From a virus (taxonomy: Duplodnaviria > Caudoviricetes): a stretch of 64,000 bases of DNA. Under the pieces are notes generated by a model. It did no database searches. It worked only from the letters and a program-made list of their open reading frames with translations, and was not told the DNA's origin. This document shows positions 1 to 9,418 of this stretch, piece by piece; positions within the stretch are counted from its first letter, which is position 1, and every line of letters begins with the position of its first letter. Location: IMG/VR virus record IMGVR_UViG_3300046514_000672, positions 1,654 to 65,653 of that record, one strand, 5' to 3'. A program made the translations under genes and the position numbers.

Positions 1-1
1 C

Positions 2-331
2 CGTTATCCAGGGCAGATATGGGTCCGGTACCTGACGCCTTCGGCAGTGTCGAGGCTGGATAGAGGAAACCTCATTCAGTTTCTAATGGGACATGTAGGT
101 GAGCCATACTCGAAGCTCCAGGCATTTCTGTCCGCAATTGGTATAGAAACTGTGGACACATATTACGGCACCAAGCGGTGGTTCTGTAGCAAACTCGCTA
201 TGGACGCATATGTGGCCGGTGGGATACTGCCGGTAGGGCTCGGGGATGGAATCACCCCTGCGACACTTGGGGACCTCCCGATATTCACCAAGGCCGTACA
301 GGTGAAGGGGAAGAGGAAGGATCTGAGATGA
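2..331 (+). CDS. Permuted NlpC/P60 (YiiX/YebB-like) papain-fold protein, 5' truncated by the window edge
   Basis: Frame is open from base 2. The G-x-PY ... WFCSKL ... AY ... ITP pattern fits the C-terminal catalytic-Cys half of permuted NlpC/P60 enzymes. Confidence 0.6.
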   Translation, partial: RYPGQIWVRYLTPSAVSRLDRGNLIQFLMGHVGEPYSKLQAFLSAIGIETVDTYYGTKRWFCSKLAMDAYVAGGILPVGLGDGITPATLGDLPIFTKAVQVKGKRKDLR

Positions 332-432
332 CGTTAGGGATATTGATGATTGTCTTTGGGGCGGCGTCGATCCTGGGATTGGTGTATTTTCTCATCGAAC
401 TCAGCGCATATCTCGATGGTGAAGGGAAATAA
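328..432 (+). CDS. Small membrane protein (34 aa)
   Basis: ATG overlaps the upstream TGA; MTLGILMIVFGAASILGLVYFLIELSAYLDGEGK has one hydrophobic helix. Not in the ORF track. Confidence 0.55.
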   Translation: MTLGILMIVFGAASILGLVYFLIELSAYLDGEGK

Positions 433-687
433 ATGAAGGAAGAGGAGGTGGGGAGAGATTGGTTCGATGATATCTTCGAAGAGGGCCTGGAGAGGATAAA
501 GACCATTCCTGCACCGAGAGTTCTCACCCAGGCGGAATACGTGGAGCGGTTCCACCCGGCAGTGGAGCAGGTGACGTGTAGGGCCTGTAACACGTTTAAA
601 TCAACGATACTTAAAGACAAGGGGATTTGTATTGAGTGTATGCTCAAGGGGAAACAGAGAAAAGAAAGAATAGAGGACAAAATATGA
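433..687 (+). CDS. Hypothetical protein with two CxxC motifs
   Basis: CRAC ... CIEC; abuts the upstream stop. Confidence 0.6.
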   Translation: MKEEEVGRDWFDDIFEEGLERIKTIPAPRVLTQAEYVERFHPAVEQVTCRACNTFKSTILKDKGICIECMLKGKQRKERIEDKI

Positions 688-920
688 CATTTGGAGATGT
701 CTTTAATCAGCTATTGGAGTTTCCACAGGCTGAGATCTTCCGTGCTGGGTGGAATGGCAGAGGGATGGGAATAGGTATGCAGGAGCCAGATTTCAATTCT
801 AAAATGGGACATCCATACTTATACCTGCGTGGAGTAGATGGGAGGCGGTCTCCTTGGACACCCAACCAGTTGGATTTGTTTGGAAGAGATTGGTCGATCT
901 GTAATAAAGAGGAGAGATAA
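684..920 (+). CDS. DUF2829 / Tad2-like protein (candidate anti-Thoeris sponge)
   Basis: MTFG ... R-x-GWNG-x-GM ... W-x-P-x-Q-x-DL-x-x-x-DW family signature; ATG at 684 after GAGG. Confidence 0.75.
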   Translation: MTFGDVFNQLLEFPQAEIFRAGWNGRGMGIGMQEPDFNSKMGHPYLYLRGVDGRRSPWTPNQLDLFGRDWSICNKEER

Positions 921-921
921 T

Positions 922-1257
922 ATGAGCTGGAAAAGTTTCTTTGGCACAGCGGCGAGGGATATTGAGAAGGTGGCGATAGTTGCGGCACCGGTCGCGGCAA
1001 CAGCATTTGGTGGTGCTCCGGCAGGGAGTTTAGTGTCAGCGGTGATATCTGAGATCCAGGGAATGGTGACCGCCGGGAACATGCCAAATAAGGCACTGTT
1101 GACGACTAGTATCGGGCAGATTATCGAGGGTGTGATTGGGGTGTTGCAAGCGACTGGGAAGATACCGAGTCTGGACGTGCCCACAAAAGCATCGGTAGAT
1201 CTTGGCAAGGCAATGGCCAACGTCAACGCTCCTTCCTTCCCCTCCACGAAAGCCTAA
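922..1257 (+). CDS. Hypothetical Ala/Gly-rich protein
   Basis: ATG at 922 after GAGGAG; amphipathic helices. Confidence 0.6.
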   Translation: MSWKSFFGTAARDIEKVAIVAAPVAATAFGGAPAGSLVSAVISEIQGMVTAGNMPNKALLTTSIGQIIEGVIGVLQATGKIPSLDVPTKASVDLGKAMANVNAPSFPSTKA

Positions 1258-1263
1258 CCCTCC

Positions 1264-1716
1264 ATGACAGATAAGGAATACCGGACCACGCGAAACAAAA
1301 TAATCAAACTATTCAGAACGTGGTCCATACGCCTTGGACTGCGACATTGGGACATACGGGTGGATTTTACGCGTGACGACGACTCTGGGAACACCCTAGC
1401 AAAGTGTATCCCAGATTGGTCATATAAACATGCGACGATTACCTTCCATACGAATCTAATGAATGGGAAGAGTGATAAGAGGATCGCTGAGGTGGTGATT
1501 CATGAACTTGTTCACTGCCTTGTTCATGAGATGCGGGAATGGTCGCCAGAGAGACAATCAGGTGATGCACTCGATAAATGTATGGCACATGAGGAGAGGG
1601 TAGTTACGGAGCTTACCGATGCCATTATCTGGAGCTATGAAGACGGGGCAAAGGACCAAAAGAAAGGCCGATACCCCGGAGAAGAAGGAAGAAAGGGCAA
1701 GAAGGTGGGACAGTGA
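1264..1716 (+). CDS. HExxH zinc metallopeptidase-like protein
   Basis: HELVH followed by a downstream HEE motif. Confidence 0.65.
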   Translation: MTDKEYRTTRNKIIKLFRTWSIRLGLRHWDIRVDFTRDDDSGNTLAKCIPDWSYKHATITFHTNLMNGKSDKRIAEVVIHELVHCLVHEMREWSPERQSGDALDKCMAHEERVVTELTDAIIWSYEDGAKDQKKGRYPGEEGRKGKKVGQ

Positions 1717-1903
1717 GTTTATCGCGTGCAGAAATCACCCTACTCGACGTTGTAACAAATCCCTTTATGTCCATACTAGAAATTTGCGCTGCGGCAGTTG
1801 TAAGCACTCCCCCTCTCATCTCACCTATATGCGGTCAGAACAATGTAAATGGAAAACACTTTCCCGCCGAAGATATCTTAAAATAAAGGAGAATTCCATC
1901 TAA
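1619..1903 (+). CDS. Hypothetical Cys/His-rich basic protein (start uncertain)
   Basis: Fills the gap before the phosphoesterase; CRNH ... C ... CGSC. Confidence 0.35.
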   Translation: MPLSGAMKTGQRTKRKADTPEKKEERARRWDSEFIACRNHPTRRCNKSLYVHTRNLRCGSCKHSPSHLTYMRSEQCKWKTLSRRRYLKIKENSI

Positions 1904-2764
1904 ATGCACAAGCCACAGAATGTCCCATCTACTCAGGATTTCCTAGCCAGCCTCACCAAGGACTCACCTCCTGACGTTGTGGACATGCAGTTCACGATGA
2001 AGATTGGCGATGAGAGTAAGTATGTCACTGCGAACTTTGATCCTAAAGACTATCCAGATGGGATAGAAATCATCCACCTCACCGACGTACAATACGGGCA
2101 TCTGGCGTGTAATGTGGATAAATTCATTGAGTATCGAGAGTGGATACTATCGGAACCCAATCGTTTCGTATTCTTCGGCGGGGACATGGTAGATGCGGCC
2201 ACGGCACTCTCAGTTGCTTCGCCATATGAGAACACAGAGGAACCTCAGGGGCAGGTGTATAAATTCGTCCAGCTTGCCATGCCGATCCGGCACCGGGTAC
2301 TGGGATATGTAGGCGGGAACCATGAACGCCGGTCCAGCAAAGCATTCGGGGACCTTGGCCACCTCATCGCCACCCTCCTACGTATTCCATACTCCTCTGG
2401 TAAGCAATTCGTAGACATCAACTACGGCGGACATCAGCCGTTCAAGAACTCCCTCTGGCACGGTGGGACAGGGAGTAAGACCAAGGGCGCGAAGGCTCAG
2501 ATGATACATAGGTTCATGACACAGGGAGATTCCCAAGTGTATTGGGTAGGGCATTTACATGATGTTCTTATGATCGGTGATGTGAGAGAACGTCGCGGGC
2601 CTGACGGTGCGATTGTACCGGAGAAATACTGCGGTGTGATGTCATCCTCGTTCCTTGAGCACTATGGTACATACGCAGAGGTCATGGGACTCCCGGCAGG
2701 CGAATGCCAGATGTGGAGATTGGTGTTGGAACCTAATGGTAAGTGGATGATGACGCTACGATGA
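1904..2764 (+). CDS. Calcineurin-like metallophosphoesterase
   Basis: D-x-Q (for DxH), GD-x-x-D, GNHE, HG and GH-x-H motifs in the canonical order. Confidence 0.85.
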   Translation: MHKPQNVPSTQDFLASLTKDSPPDVVDMQFTMKIGDESKYVTANFDPKDYPDGIEIIHLTDVQYGHLACNVDKFIEYREWILSEPNRFVFFGGDMVDAATALSVASPYENTEEPQGQVYKFVQLAMPIRHRVLGYVGGNHERRSSKAFGDLGHLIATLLRIPYSSGKQFVDINYGGHQPFKNSLWHGGTGSKTKGAKAQMIHRFMTQGDSQVYWVGHLHDVLMIGDVRERRGPDGAIVPEKYCGVMSSSFLEHYGTYAEVMGLPAGECQMWRLVLEPNGKWMMTLR

Positions 2765-3117
2765 GTCGAGAAAAGGATTATTTTAGCCGGGATGAGTATA
2801 ATAATCTTCCCAAAACAGGACATAAGCCAGTGGAAACCCCAGGAGGCCATCTTTCCGCTGCTGAAATAAAGGAGATGAACTGGATCAAGCGCACTCCTAG
2901 GACCTTCTATACTCCTCCTGAGAAGATAATCAAGATGGGAAAGATGTTACTAGCCGGGAAGAGAATTGAGGAGATATCTTTAACATTAGATATCAACCGA
3001 CGCACGGTTAATCGATTTATCAAGCGTCTAGGTTTAGGAAGGATGGAAAGATGCCGGGATCAACAGGGGAGATGGGATTGGAGTTTCCGATCTATCCAGA
3101 GAGGAAAGGGACAGTAG
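2761..3117 (+). CDS. Helix-turn-helix DNA-binding protein
   Basis: GKRIEEISLTLDINRRTVNRFIK HTH; ATGA overlap with the upstream gene. Confidence 0.65.
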   Translation: MSREKDYFSRDEYNNLPKTGHKPVETPGGHLSAAEIKEMNWIKRTPRTFYTPPEKIIKMGKMLLAGKRIEEISLTLDINRRTVNRFIKRLGLGRMERCRDQQGRWDWSFRSIQRGKGQ

Positions 3118-3119
3118 AT

Positions 3120-3677
3120 ATGTATAAAGCATTTCTTGACATGGATGGGGTCATAGCAGATTTCATGAAGGCGATATGTAAAGCACATAACCGTCCCAAT
3201 CCATACGTTAATAATCCTTCCGCGCAAGGAGAGTTCAATACCGAGAAGGTCTGGGGAATTACACCTGAGGAATTCTGGGCACCGATCCAGGGGGAGAGTT
3301 TGGACTTCTGGGCAGGGATTGATAAGACCCCAGAAGCGGATAGGATAGTGAGATTGGTGTGTAGGGAGTTCGGTGCGGACAACGTGGCAATTCTCACCGC
3401 GCCAAGTAGAGATGCTGGGAGCGTTCCTGGGAAGCGGGCATGGATGGATAAGAATTATCCCCGTCTAGCGAAGAACATGATCTTCACCTCAGCCAAGGGA
3501 TTCCTGGCAGGACCGAAGAGAATTCTCATCGACGACAGAGACAGGAATGTAGTGGAGTTCAAACAGGCTGGAGGAGACGCTATACTCTTCCCTAGGCTCT
3601 GGAATTCCTCTTGGATGCATGATGGGGAGGGGATGAAGATATTAGAGAGGGAGTTGACGAAGGGGAGGAGATTATGA
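3120..3677 (+). CDS. HAD-family 5'(3')-deoxyribonucleotidase (NT5C-like)
   Basis: DMDGVIADF (motif I), ILTAP, K-x-x-W, LIDD (motif IV). Confidence 0.85.
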   Translation: MYKAFLDMDGVIADFMKAICKAHNRPNPYVNNPSAQGEFNTEKVWGITPEEFWAPIQGESLDFWAGIDKTPEADRIVRLVCREFGADNVAILTAPSRDAGSVPGKRAWMDKNYPRLAKNMIFTSAKGFLAGPKRILIDDRDRNVVEFKQAGGDAILFPRLWNSSWMHDGEGMKILERELTKGRRL

Positions 3678-4048
3678 GAGGTGTTAAAGAAGATTGTCCC
3701 AGTAATCAGAAATTTACTTTATTGCCCAAACAGCCAGATGAGCGAAAAGCCGTTCCCATCGGTACAGGAGTGTTGGATTATTTCCCATTGGCATTGGCAG
3801 AGATAGCGAGGGTAAGTAAGGCGGGGAACGACCAACATAACCCTGGCCAACCACTGCACTGGAACCGAGGAAAGAGCAAGGACCATTGGGATTGTATTAT
3901 CCGGCATGGCCTGGAACGGGGGATGATCGACACAGACGGGCAGCTTCATACCGCGAAACTCGCATGGAGAGCACTTGCACTTCTTCAGGAGGAACTGGAA
4001 ACACAGGGTGCTATATTGAGAACAGATGGTAACAAGGAAGTTAGATAA
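3674..4048 (+). CDS. DUF5664-like dATP/dGTP diphosphohydrolase domain protein
   Basis: P-x-AL-x-EIARVS-x-x-G ... W ... RH ... D-x-DG-x-x-H-x-A-x-x-AW-x-AL pattern. Confidence 0.7.
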   Translation: MRGVKEDCPSNQKFTLLPKQPDERKAVPIGTGVLDYFPLALAEIARVSKAGNDQHNPGQPLHWNRGKSKDHWDCIIRHGLERGMIDTDGQLHTAKLAWRALALLQEELETQGAILRTDGNKEVR

Positions 4049-4373
4049 CAAGGGGAAGATAATATGGACCAGGAGAAAACACGATCCGAAATCATGGACG
4101 AACTCACGAAAATCTGCCTCAGGGAAACTAAGGAAAGTTTTATTAAGTCAGCTATTGCGCTCATTGAGGCGGCAGTTGCAGATAACTCAGGTAGAGTTAG
4201 GACTTCAGATTGGAGTCTCAGGGTTAACTATAAGCCGGTGGGAGAGGACAGACGGGACGTGGCCAAGACAGTATCAATGGAGACGAATCAGAGAGGTGTG
4301 GGGTTTGACGAAAGCAATGAAGGAACCAGGGTTTTGGATGGACAGGAAGACGCCACCGGATTTTAGTAAATAA
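4026..4373 (+). CDS. XRE/Cro-family HTH regulator
   Basis: LRSLRRQLQITQVELGLQIGVSGLTISRWE is a textbook HTH_XRE. Confidence 0.7.
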   Translation: MVTRKLDNKGKIIWTRRKHDPKSWTNSRKSASGKLRKVLLSQLLRSLRRQLQITQVELGLQIGVSGLTISRWERTDGTWPRQYQWRRIREVWGLTKAMKEPGFWMDRKTPPDFSK

Positions 4374-4384
4374 GGAGAATGAAT

Positions 4385-4543
4385 ATGGCAAAGAAAAAGG
4401 TTGTTAAAGAGAAGGAAATGGAAGAATGTCCGGGCTGTAATGGGTCTGGAACACAACCGTGTGGGTATTGCGGTGCGGATGATATGGAAGAGTGCATTGA
4501 TTGTGGTGGTACAGGAGAAGTAGAGAAAGAGGACGAGGACTAA
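4385..4543 (+). CDS. Small DnaJ-type zinc-finger protein (52 aa)
   Basis: CPGCNGSG, CGYCG, CIDCGGTG; AAGGAG RBS. Not in the ORF track. Confidence 0.7.
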   Translation: MAKKKVVKEKEMEECPGCNGSGTQPCGYCGADDMEECIDCGGTGEVEKEDED

Positions 4544-4944
4544 TGGCACAATTCAACGCACTCACAGGGCCGGAACTGAAGAAATTCCTCCTGGCAAAGA
4601 TTGAAGAGGAGTTGGATAAGTCGGATAAGTTTGGGAACCATCTGAGCCATCCTTGGTTTCAATATACATTTGAGGTGGCGATTAGCACTTATCCACAAAA
4701 TGCAATGGACGCGAAGCCTGTGGTAATTGCCAAGGGGTTGGATACTAAGATTGCGGACGAGATTGAGATTGATGCACTATTGCCGGGAGTGGATGAAGAA
4801 TTTAAGTCTTCGGGAATAGTAGACACCCCAGACAAAGCACGAATCGAATCCAACCAGCCCATTCCCACCACGGTTAAAGGTGCAGGAGATGTCCTCGTGG
4901 ACAAGCCTGTGATGCCGAAGTTCCCGGCTAAGAAGGAGAAGTAA
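4543..4944 (+). CDS. Hypothetical protein
   Basis: TAATG coupling at both ends. Confidence 0.65.
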   Translation: MAQFNALTGPELKKFLLAKIEEELDKSDKFGNHLSHPWFQYTFEVAISTYPQNAMDAKPVVIAKGLDTKIADEIEIDALLPGVDEEFKSSGIVDTPDKARIESNQPIPTTVKGAGDVLVDKPVMPKFPAKKEK

Positions 4945-5270
4945 TGGAAGAGGAAATTCCACAAGAAGGGGTATTTCAGGCCGCAGAGAAGAATGTTATT
5001 TCCCTCTCCCTCGAAGACCTCAAATCCGTCCTCACCCAGGCTCTAGCCCCCCTCCAGTCCCGCCTGGATCAGGTAGAGGAGAGGTTGGTGGAGACGGAAA
5101 CGTCAAGGGACAACGTCCCTCAGGCAGGTAGAAAAGGTGATCCTAACGTGAGATGGAGTGATCAACGGATCGCAAGAAAGGCGACAATCGCTACACGGGC
5201 TGCAACTGACAATCCTGGGGACTATGACCATATCGTAGACTCATCATCCCTCACGCAGCGGGGTGGGTGA
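4944..5270 (+). CDS. Hypothetical coiled-coil protein
   Basis: Coupled ORF with AAGGAG RBS. Confidence 0.6.
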   Translation: MEEEIPQEGVFQAAEKNVISLSLEDLKSVLTQALAPLQSRLDQVEERLVETETSRDNVPQAGRKGDPNVRWSDQRIARKATIATRAATDNPGDYDHIVDSSSLTQRGG

Positions 5271-5563
5271 TGTTCAACATCGACCTAGTTCGTGTCTCAG
5301 ATGCCCTAGAGCGGATAGCCTCCGCTCTTGAGCGTCTCTCCCCACCCATCACCGATTCCCTCATCGATCCCCAACTACGCAAGCGCGGCCTCGAATCCCT
5401 CGTCACCTACGGAGACAACAATAAACTATGGGTAAAAGAAAACTTCCAGACTCTAATCGAGGAACAGGGCCTGTCCCCGGACCAAACAAGGGAAGCGTTA
5501 GTTCAGGCTATGTCCGAATATCAAGAGGACGAAGAGGAAAATCCATTCATGGAACCCCTGTAA
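5270..5563 (+). CDS. Hypothetical protein
   Basis: TGATG coupling; LERIASALERL coiled-coil. Confidence 0.6.
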   Translation: MFNIDLVRVSDALERIASALERLSPPITDSLIDPQLRKRGLESLVTYGDNNKLWVKENFQTLIEEQGLSPDQTREALVQAMSEYQEDEEENPFMEPL

Positions 5564-6357
5564 GTAACGTAGACGTGGCGACGAAGGAGGGATTGGAGAT
5601 TCATAAGGCGAATCCGCCCAAAAAGGGGAATACTCCCGGTCCGAATGGTTTAAAAGAGACAAAAAGGGACGAATTAGCGGAGAAAAGGGTACTCAAACGT
5701 CTCGGAAAGGGAGATGAAACCCCGAAACGGGTGGATTCTCCTGCTATTTTGCCCTTTGAGAACACCCTAGCCTATGCTTTCCGCCACGCAGGAGGCAAAG
5801 AAACGGCAATTAACGCGGCGAGGCTGCTGATAGACGTAAATATCAAGTTTAAACGCTTCGTTTTCGCATATGATAGTGCCTCAGTCACAGACAAACAGAG
5901 TATTGTCCTGGAAGACCTCTGCCGTGCGGCGGATATGTCTCCTGGAGAGTTCTTGGCAGAGGCAATTCCTGCCCTCTGGAACAGATCGGCGGACATCGCT
6001 AAGATCACCGCCGCTATCGCGCATCCTAGAGTGGTTGAGGCCACTATCGACCAATCCATGTCGCCGTTTGGCACCCAGGAGAAGAAAATGCTATTAGAAG
6101 CGTCAGGGTTCCTTCCTACCAGCAAGGGAATCACGATTGATAACCGCCACCAGACTCTAATCGCCAACCGTGGAGGATCGGTAGAGATGGGAAACATCCC
6201 AGGTCTCCCCTCCTTCGAAGATGACGGGATAGAAGCCTCTCGTGCGATCCGTGGAGATGCGTCAATGTCCTCTGTATCTGCCCCTAAGGCCATTTCTGCC
6301 CCTGCTGAGTCCATCATCGACGCTGAAGTTGAGGAAGTGGTCCATGTTCAGTCCTAG
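5428..6357 (+). CDS. Putative terminase small subunit (true start probably near 5563 or later)
   Basis: Directly upstream of and overlapping TerL; helical core and an IIDAEVEE acidic C-terminus. Mainly a positional call. Confidence 0.45.
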   Translation: MGKRKLPDSNRGTGPVPGPNKGSVSSGYVRISRGRRGKSIHGTPVSNVDVATKEGLEIHKANPPKKGNTPGPNGLKETKRDELAEKRVLKRLGKGDETPKRVDSPAILPFENTLAYAFRHAGGKETAINAARLLIDVNIKFKRFVFAYDSASVTDKQSIVLEDLCRAADMSPGEFLAEAIPALWNRSADIAKITAAIAHPRVVEATIDQSMSPFGTQEKKMLLEASGFLPTSKGITIDNRHQTLIANRGGSVEMGNIPGLPSFEDDGIEASRAIRGDASMSSVSAPKAISAPAESIIDAEVEEVVHVQS

Positions 6358-8602
6358 GATCATTGAACTCGCGCGGGTCGAGGCGACTAATTCCATAATT
6401 AAATCCTCCCCCTTCGATGGTAATAACCGTCCGCTATTCCCCGCTTCATTCTCCCTTCAGCGCCATTCCATCGCCCAGGTAGCCCAGGCGAATGCCCATT
6501 TGGAGTCTCTTATGACAGAGGATGAGAAGGGCAAGCATATCCTTACCCGTCCCTACACCACCGATGAGGTTCGGTGGATACGGAACGAGAGAAATATGTG
6601 CCGGTGCGATTTTGTCTATTGGGCCACCCGGTACGGGTTTATCATTAATTGGGAAGGGGAATTAGTACGTTTCAATCCCAATATCGCCCAACGCATGGCA
6701 TTGGATCTATTCGCAGAGTTAGAGGAGATGGAAATTGCGATACTAATCCAGTTCCTTAAGGCTCGACAGTTAGGTGTAACTACCATTACTGAACTCATCA
6801 TCCTCTGGAAGACCATTTTCTATCCTCGCACTAACGCCCTCGTCGCCTCTTCCGACCCCGACAAATCCTCGCAGATGGCCGATAAAATGGTGATATGTTT
6901 CAATAACCAGCCCGGTTGGTTAGTACCTGAGGTCACCGCTCAGAGAACAGGAGAATTAATTGAGTTTAAGAAACAGAATTCGGCGATTTCAATACAACAT
7001 GGTACTCAGATGTCTGGTTTGGCTCGTGGCGCGACTCCCACTACCTTTCATCTCTCAGAGGTTTGTGACTATAGGAATCCAGAAGCACTCATCGATGCCG
7101 CGCTTTTACGGGCCGTTCACGACTCTCCGCGAGTGTTCGGAGTACTTGAATCAACTGCTGCTGGTAGATACAATTACTGGCACAACAAATGGCTCTTCAA
7201 CATCGAAAACTGGCCCACCCACACCTCCCGTCTCTGTCCAGGATTCCTTCCCTGGTATGTCGGCACCGACATCTACCCTACCGACACATGGCTCAAAGCA
7301 CATCCAATCCCTATCGGATGGGAGCCTGAGAATATCGTACTTGCTCACGCCGAACGCGCAAAGAATTACGTCAGAACCGGACAAAACAAACTAGTTACTA
7401 AATTCCTCGGTGCAAATTGGGAGATGCCAAGGAAACAGATGTGGTTCTGGTGGGTGACCAGGAAGGAATACGCGGCACTAAAGAAACTAGGAGATTTCTA
7501 TGCGGAATTATGCGCGGATGACATTGAGGCATTTCAGGCAAATAAAAAATCTGTGTTCGATGCGGAAGTGCTCTCTGAATTCCGAGAAAATGCCAGATTC
7601 CCCTATGGAGTCTACGGTATCCAGGCCGATCAAACCGAGATTCCTCCTTCTCTCCAGGCTAACCCTAGGGACATTGATCCTAATACACCTCCCATTGATA
7701 TTCACTGCAAGTGGGCACCGACACAACCTGCTCATGATTATCGCCTTGTTCCTTTGCTCCATAGGGGTAGTGGGGTATTTGATCCTAACGGTAGAATACT
7801 TATGTACGAACCGCCCAGACCAGGATTCACCTACGGCATCGGCACCGACACAGGATATGGACAGGGACAAGACAGATCGGTAATACAGATATTGAGGAAG
7901 GGAGATGCTGAACGCAATGATGCACAGGTTCTTGAGTTTGCTAGTGACGCCGTTAATAGCTTTAATTTATGGCCTATCAATCTTGCTCTTGGTACTCTCT
8001 ACAGCACTTCTATTGGTGGTCAAATTCGCCAAGCAAAACAAGTTATTGAGATGGCCGCTAACGGAGAAAATGTTCATAACGAGCTTAAGAAGCGCGGATG
8101 GAGAAATTTCCACCGATGGGTCAGATACGACAGAAAAATGATGAACCAAGAGGCGAGTGCCACGCGGGAAGGATGGTACACCACTTCATGGTCCCGACCG
8201 ATGGTAATTGACATGCTCCTTGACGCATTGAATTCAGGCTGGCTCGATATCAACTCCCCTTGGTTCATAAATGAAATGGGAGATTTACAACTGGATTATG
8301 AGAAACAGAAAATCGAGGCTGTTGCGGGTGCTCATGACGACAGAATAATGTCTATGGGGATTGTGCTTTTTAGTCTACATGCTCTTGAAACTAGACACGC
8401 TGATAAGTGGAAAGAACGCACCCAACGTGACCTAGCCACCCCAGTAGTGTTTGCTAAGTTCTCTCCAGGTGAGCAAGGAATGGGACCGGCAACTGACTCA
8501 CCGTTAGATTCCTACACCTACCGCGTGGTCAACCCCTACGACAACGAGGACCTGCGCGGTCCAGGATCTATGATATGGACGCCAAGGGACGAGGAAAGGT
8601 AG
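6344..8602 (+). CDS. terL: Terminase large subunit
   Basis: KARQLGVTT (Walker A), HLSE (Walker B), ESTA coupling motif; nuclease motifs GTDTGYG, DRS, HDD. Confidence 0.92.
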   Translation: MFSPRIIELARVEATNSIIKSSPFDGNNRPLFPASFSLQRHSIAQVAQANAHLESLMTEDEKGKHILTRPYTTDEVRWIRNERNMCRCDFVYWATRYGFIINWEGELVRFNPNIAQRMALDLFAELEEMEIAILIQFLKARQLGVTTITELIILWKTIFYPRTNALVASSDPDKSSQMADKMVICFNNQPGWLVPEVTAQRTGELIEFKKQNSAISIQHGTQMSGLARGATPTTFHLSEVCDYRNPEALIDAALLRAVHDSPRVFGVLESTAAGRYNYWHNKWLFNIENWPTHTSRLCPGFLPWYVGTDIYPTDTWLKAHPIPIGWEPENIVLAHAERAKNYVRTGQNKLVTKFLGANWEMPRKQMWFWWVTRKEYAALKKLGDFYAELCADDIEAFQANKKSVFDAEVLSEFRENARFPYGVYGIQADQTEIPPSLQANPRDIDPNTPPIDIHCKWAPTQPAHDYRLVPLLHRGSGVFDPNGRILMYEPPRPGFTYGIGTDTGYGQGQDRSVIQILRKGDAERNDAQVLEFASDAVNSFNLWPINLALGTLYSTSIGGQIRQAKQVIEMAANGENVHNELKKRGWRNFHRWVRYDRKMMNQEASATREGWYTTSWSRPMVIDMLLDALNSGWLDINSPWFINEMGDLQLDYEKQKIEAVAGAHDDRIMSMGIVLFSLHALETRHADKWKERTQRDLATPVVFAKFSPGEQGMGPATDSPLDSYTYRVVNPYDNEDLRGPGSMIWTPRDEER

Positions 8603-8611
8603 AATAAAGGT

Positions 8612-8797
8612 ATGGAAACAGAACCCAGAGGATTGTCAAGGCAAATGACTCGGGAGATGCTTATGGTGCAGGCGAAGAACTTCCTGGGAGCTAACCCAGT
8701 AGTTGTCGCGCACCTCAATCGCAAACAGAGGAGAAAAGTAGCCCAGGATCTCGTGAAGAGACTATTAAAGGAGACGAGGGAAAATGATCGCATATGA
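8612..8797 (+). CDS. Hypothetical basic protein
   Basis: NRKQRR motif; packed between TerL and the next gene. Confidence 0.55.
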   Translation: METEPRGLSRQMTREMLMVQAKNFLGANPVVVAHLNRKQRRKVAQDLVKRLLKETRENDRI

Positions 8798-9416
8798 CTA
8801 TATCTGTCCCAAAGGACATATCACGGAGCATTTCCTCCGTGAGTTTCAGGAAGAGGTTACCTGTGGCCATTCCAAATGCAAATCGCCTGCCCGATATCAT
8901 CCTTCTTTCCATTACACCTCCCGATCCGCACAGCCCTTTTCCCCAGTCGTTATTCATAAGGATGCCCAAGGAAATGTGCGATTCCCTGGTCATGTTAACG
9001 CAAGAGTTCCTAAGGGATTTCGTAAAGTCGAACTCACAACGATAGGAGAGGTGAGGCAGTTTGAGAATGAGATGAACGCTAGGGATAGGGTTCAGGCGAA
9101 GGAGTTTCAGAACACTAGGCAGAAATTCCTGGACGGACAATTAGCGGAGAATAGGAGAGCGTTAGACGCTATTGCTAATGGCGGAACATGGCAAGGGATA
9201 GAGAAGGATGGTACTCCGGTGACGAGGCAGGGACTGTCCCCTAAGGGCAAACGCTTCCTCGACGCCATGCGAGAGGTCTCCCGCCAACGGCAGGAGAAGT
9301 CCCGTTCAGACTCCAACCCTCAGTTCTATGTTGAGGCATTCACCAATGATTCCTCCAACCGCGTGCGATATGAAGACAAAGCTAACGATTGGGGACATTC
9401 AGGATCTAGGAAATAA
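8784..9416 (+). CDS. FmdB-like zinc-ribbon protein
   Basis: N-terminal YDYICPKGH ... C-x4-C. Confidence 0.55.
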   Translation: MIAYDYICPKGHITEHFLREFQEEVTCGHSKCKSPARYHPSFHYTSRSAQPFSPVVIHKDAQGNVRFPGHVNARVPKGFRKVELTTIGEVRQFENEMNARDRVQAKEFQNTRQKFLDGQLAENRRALDAIANGGTWQGIEKDGTPVTRQGLSPKGKRFLDAMREVSRQRQEKSRSDSNPQFYVEAFTNDSSNRVRYEDKANDWGHSGSRK

Positions 9417-9418
9417 TC

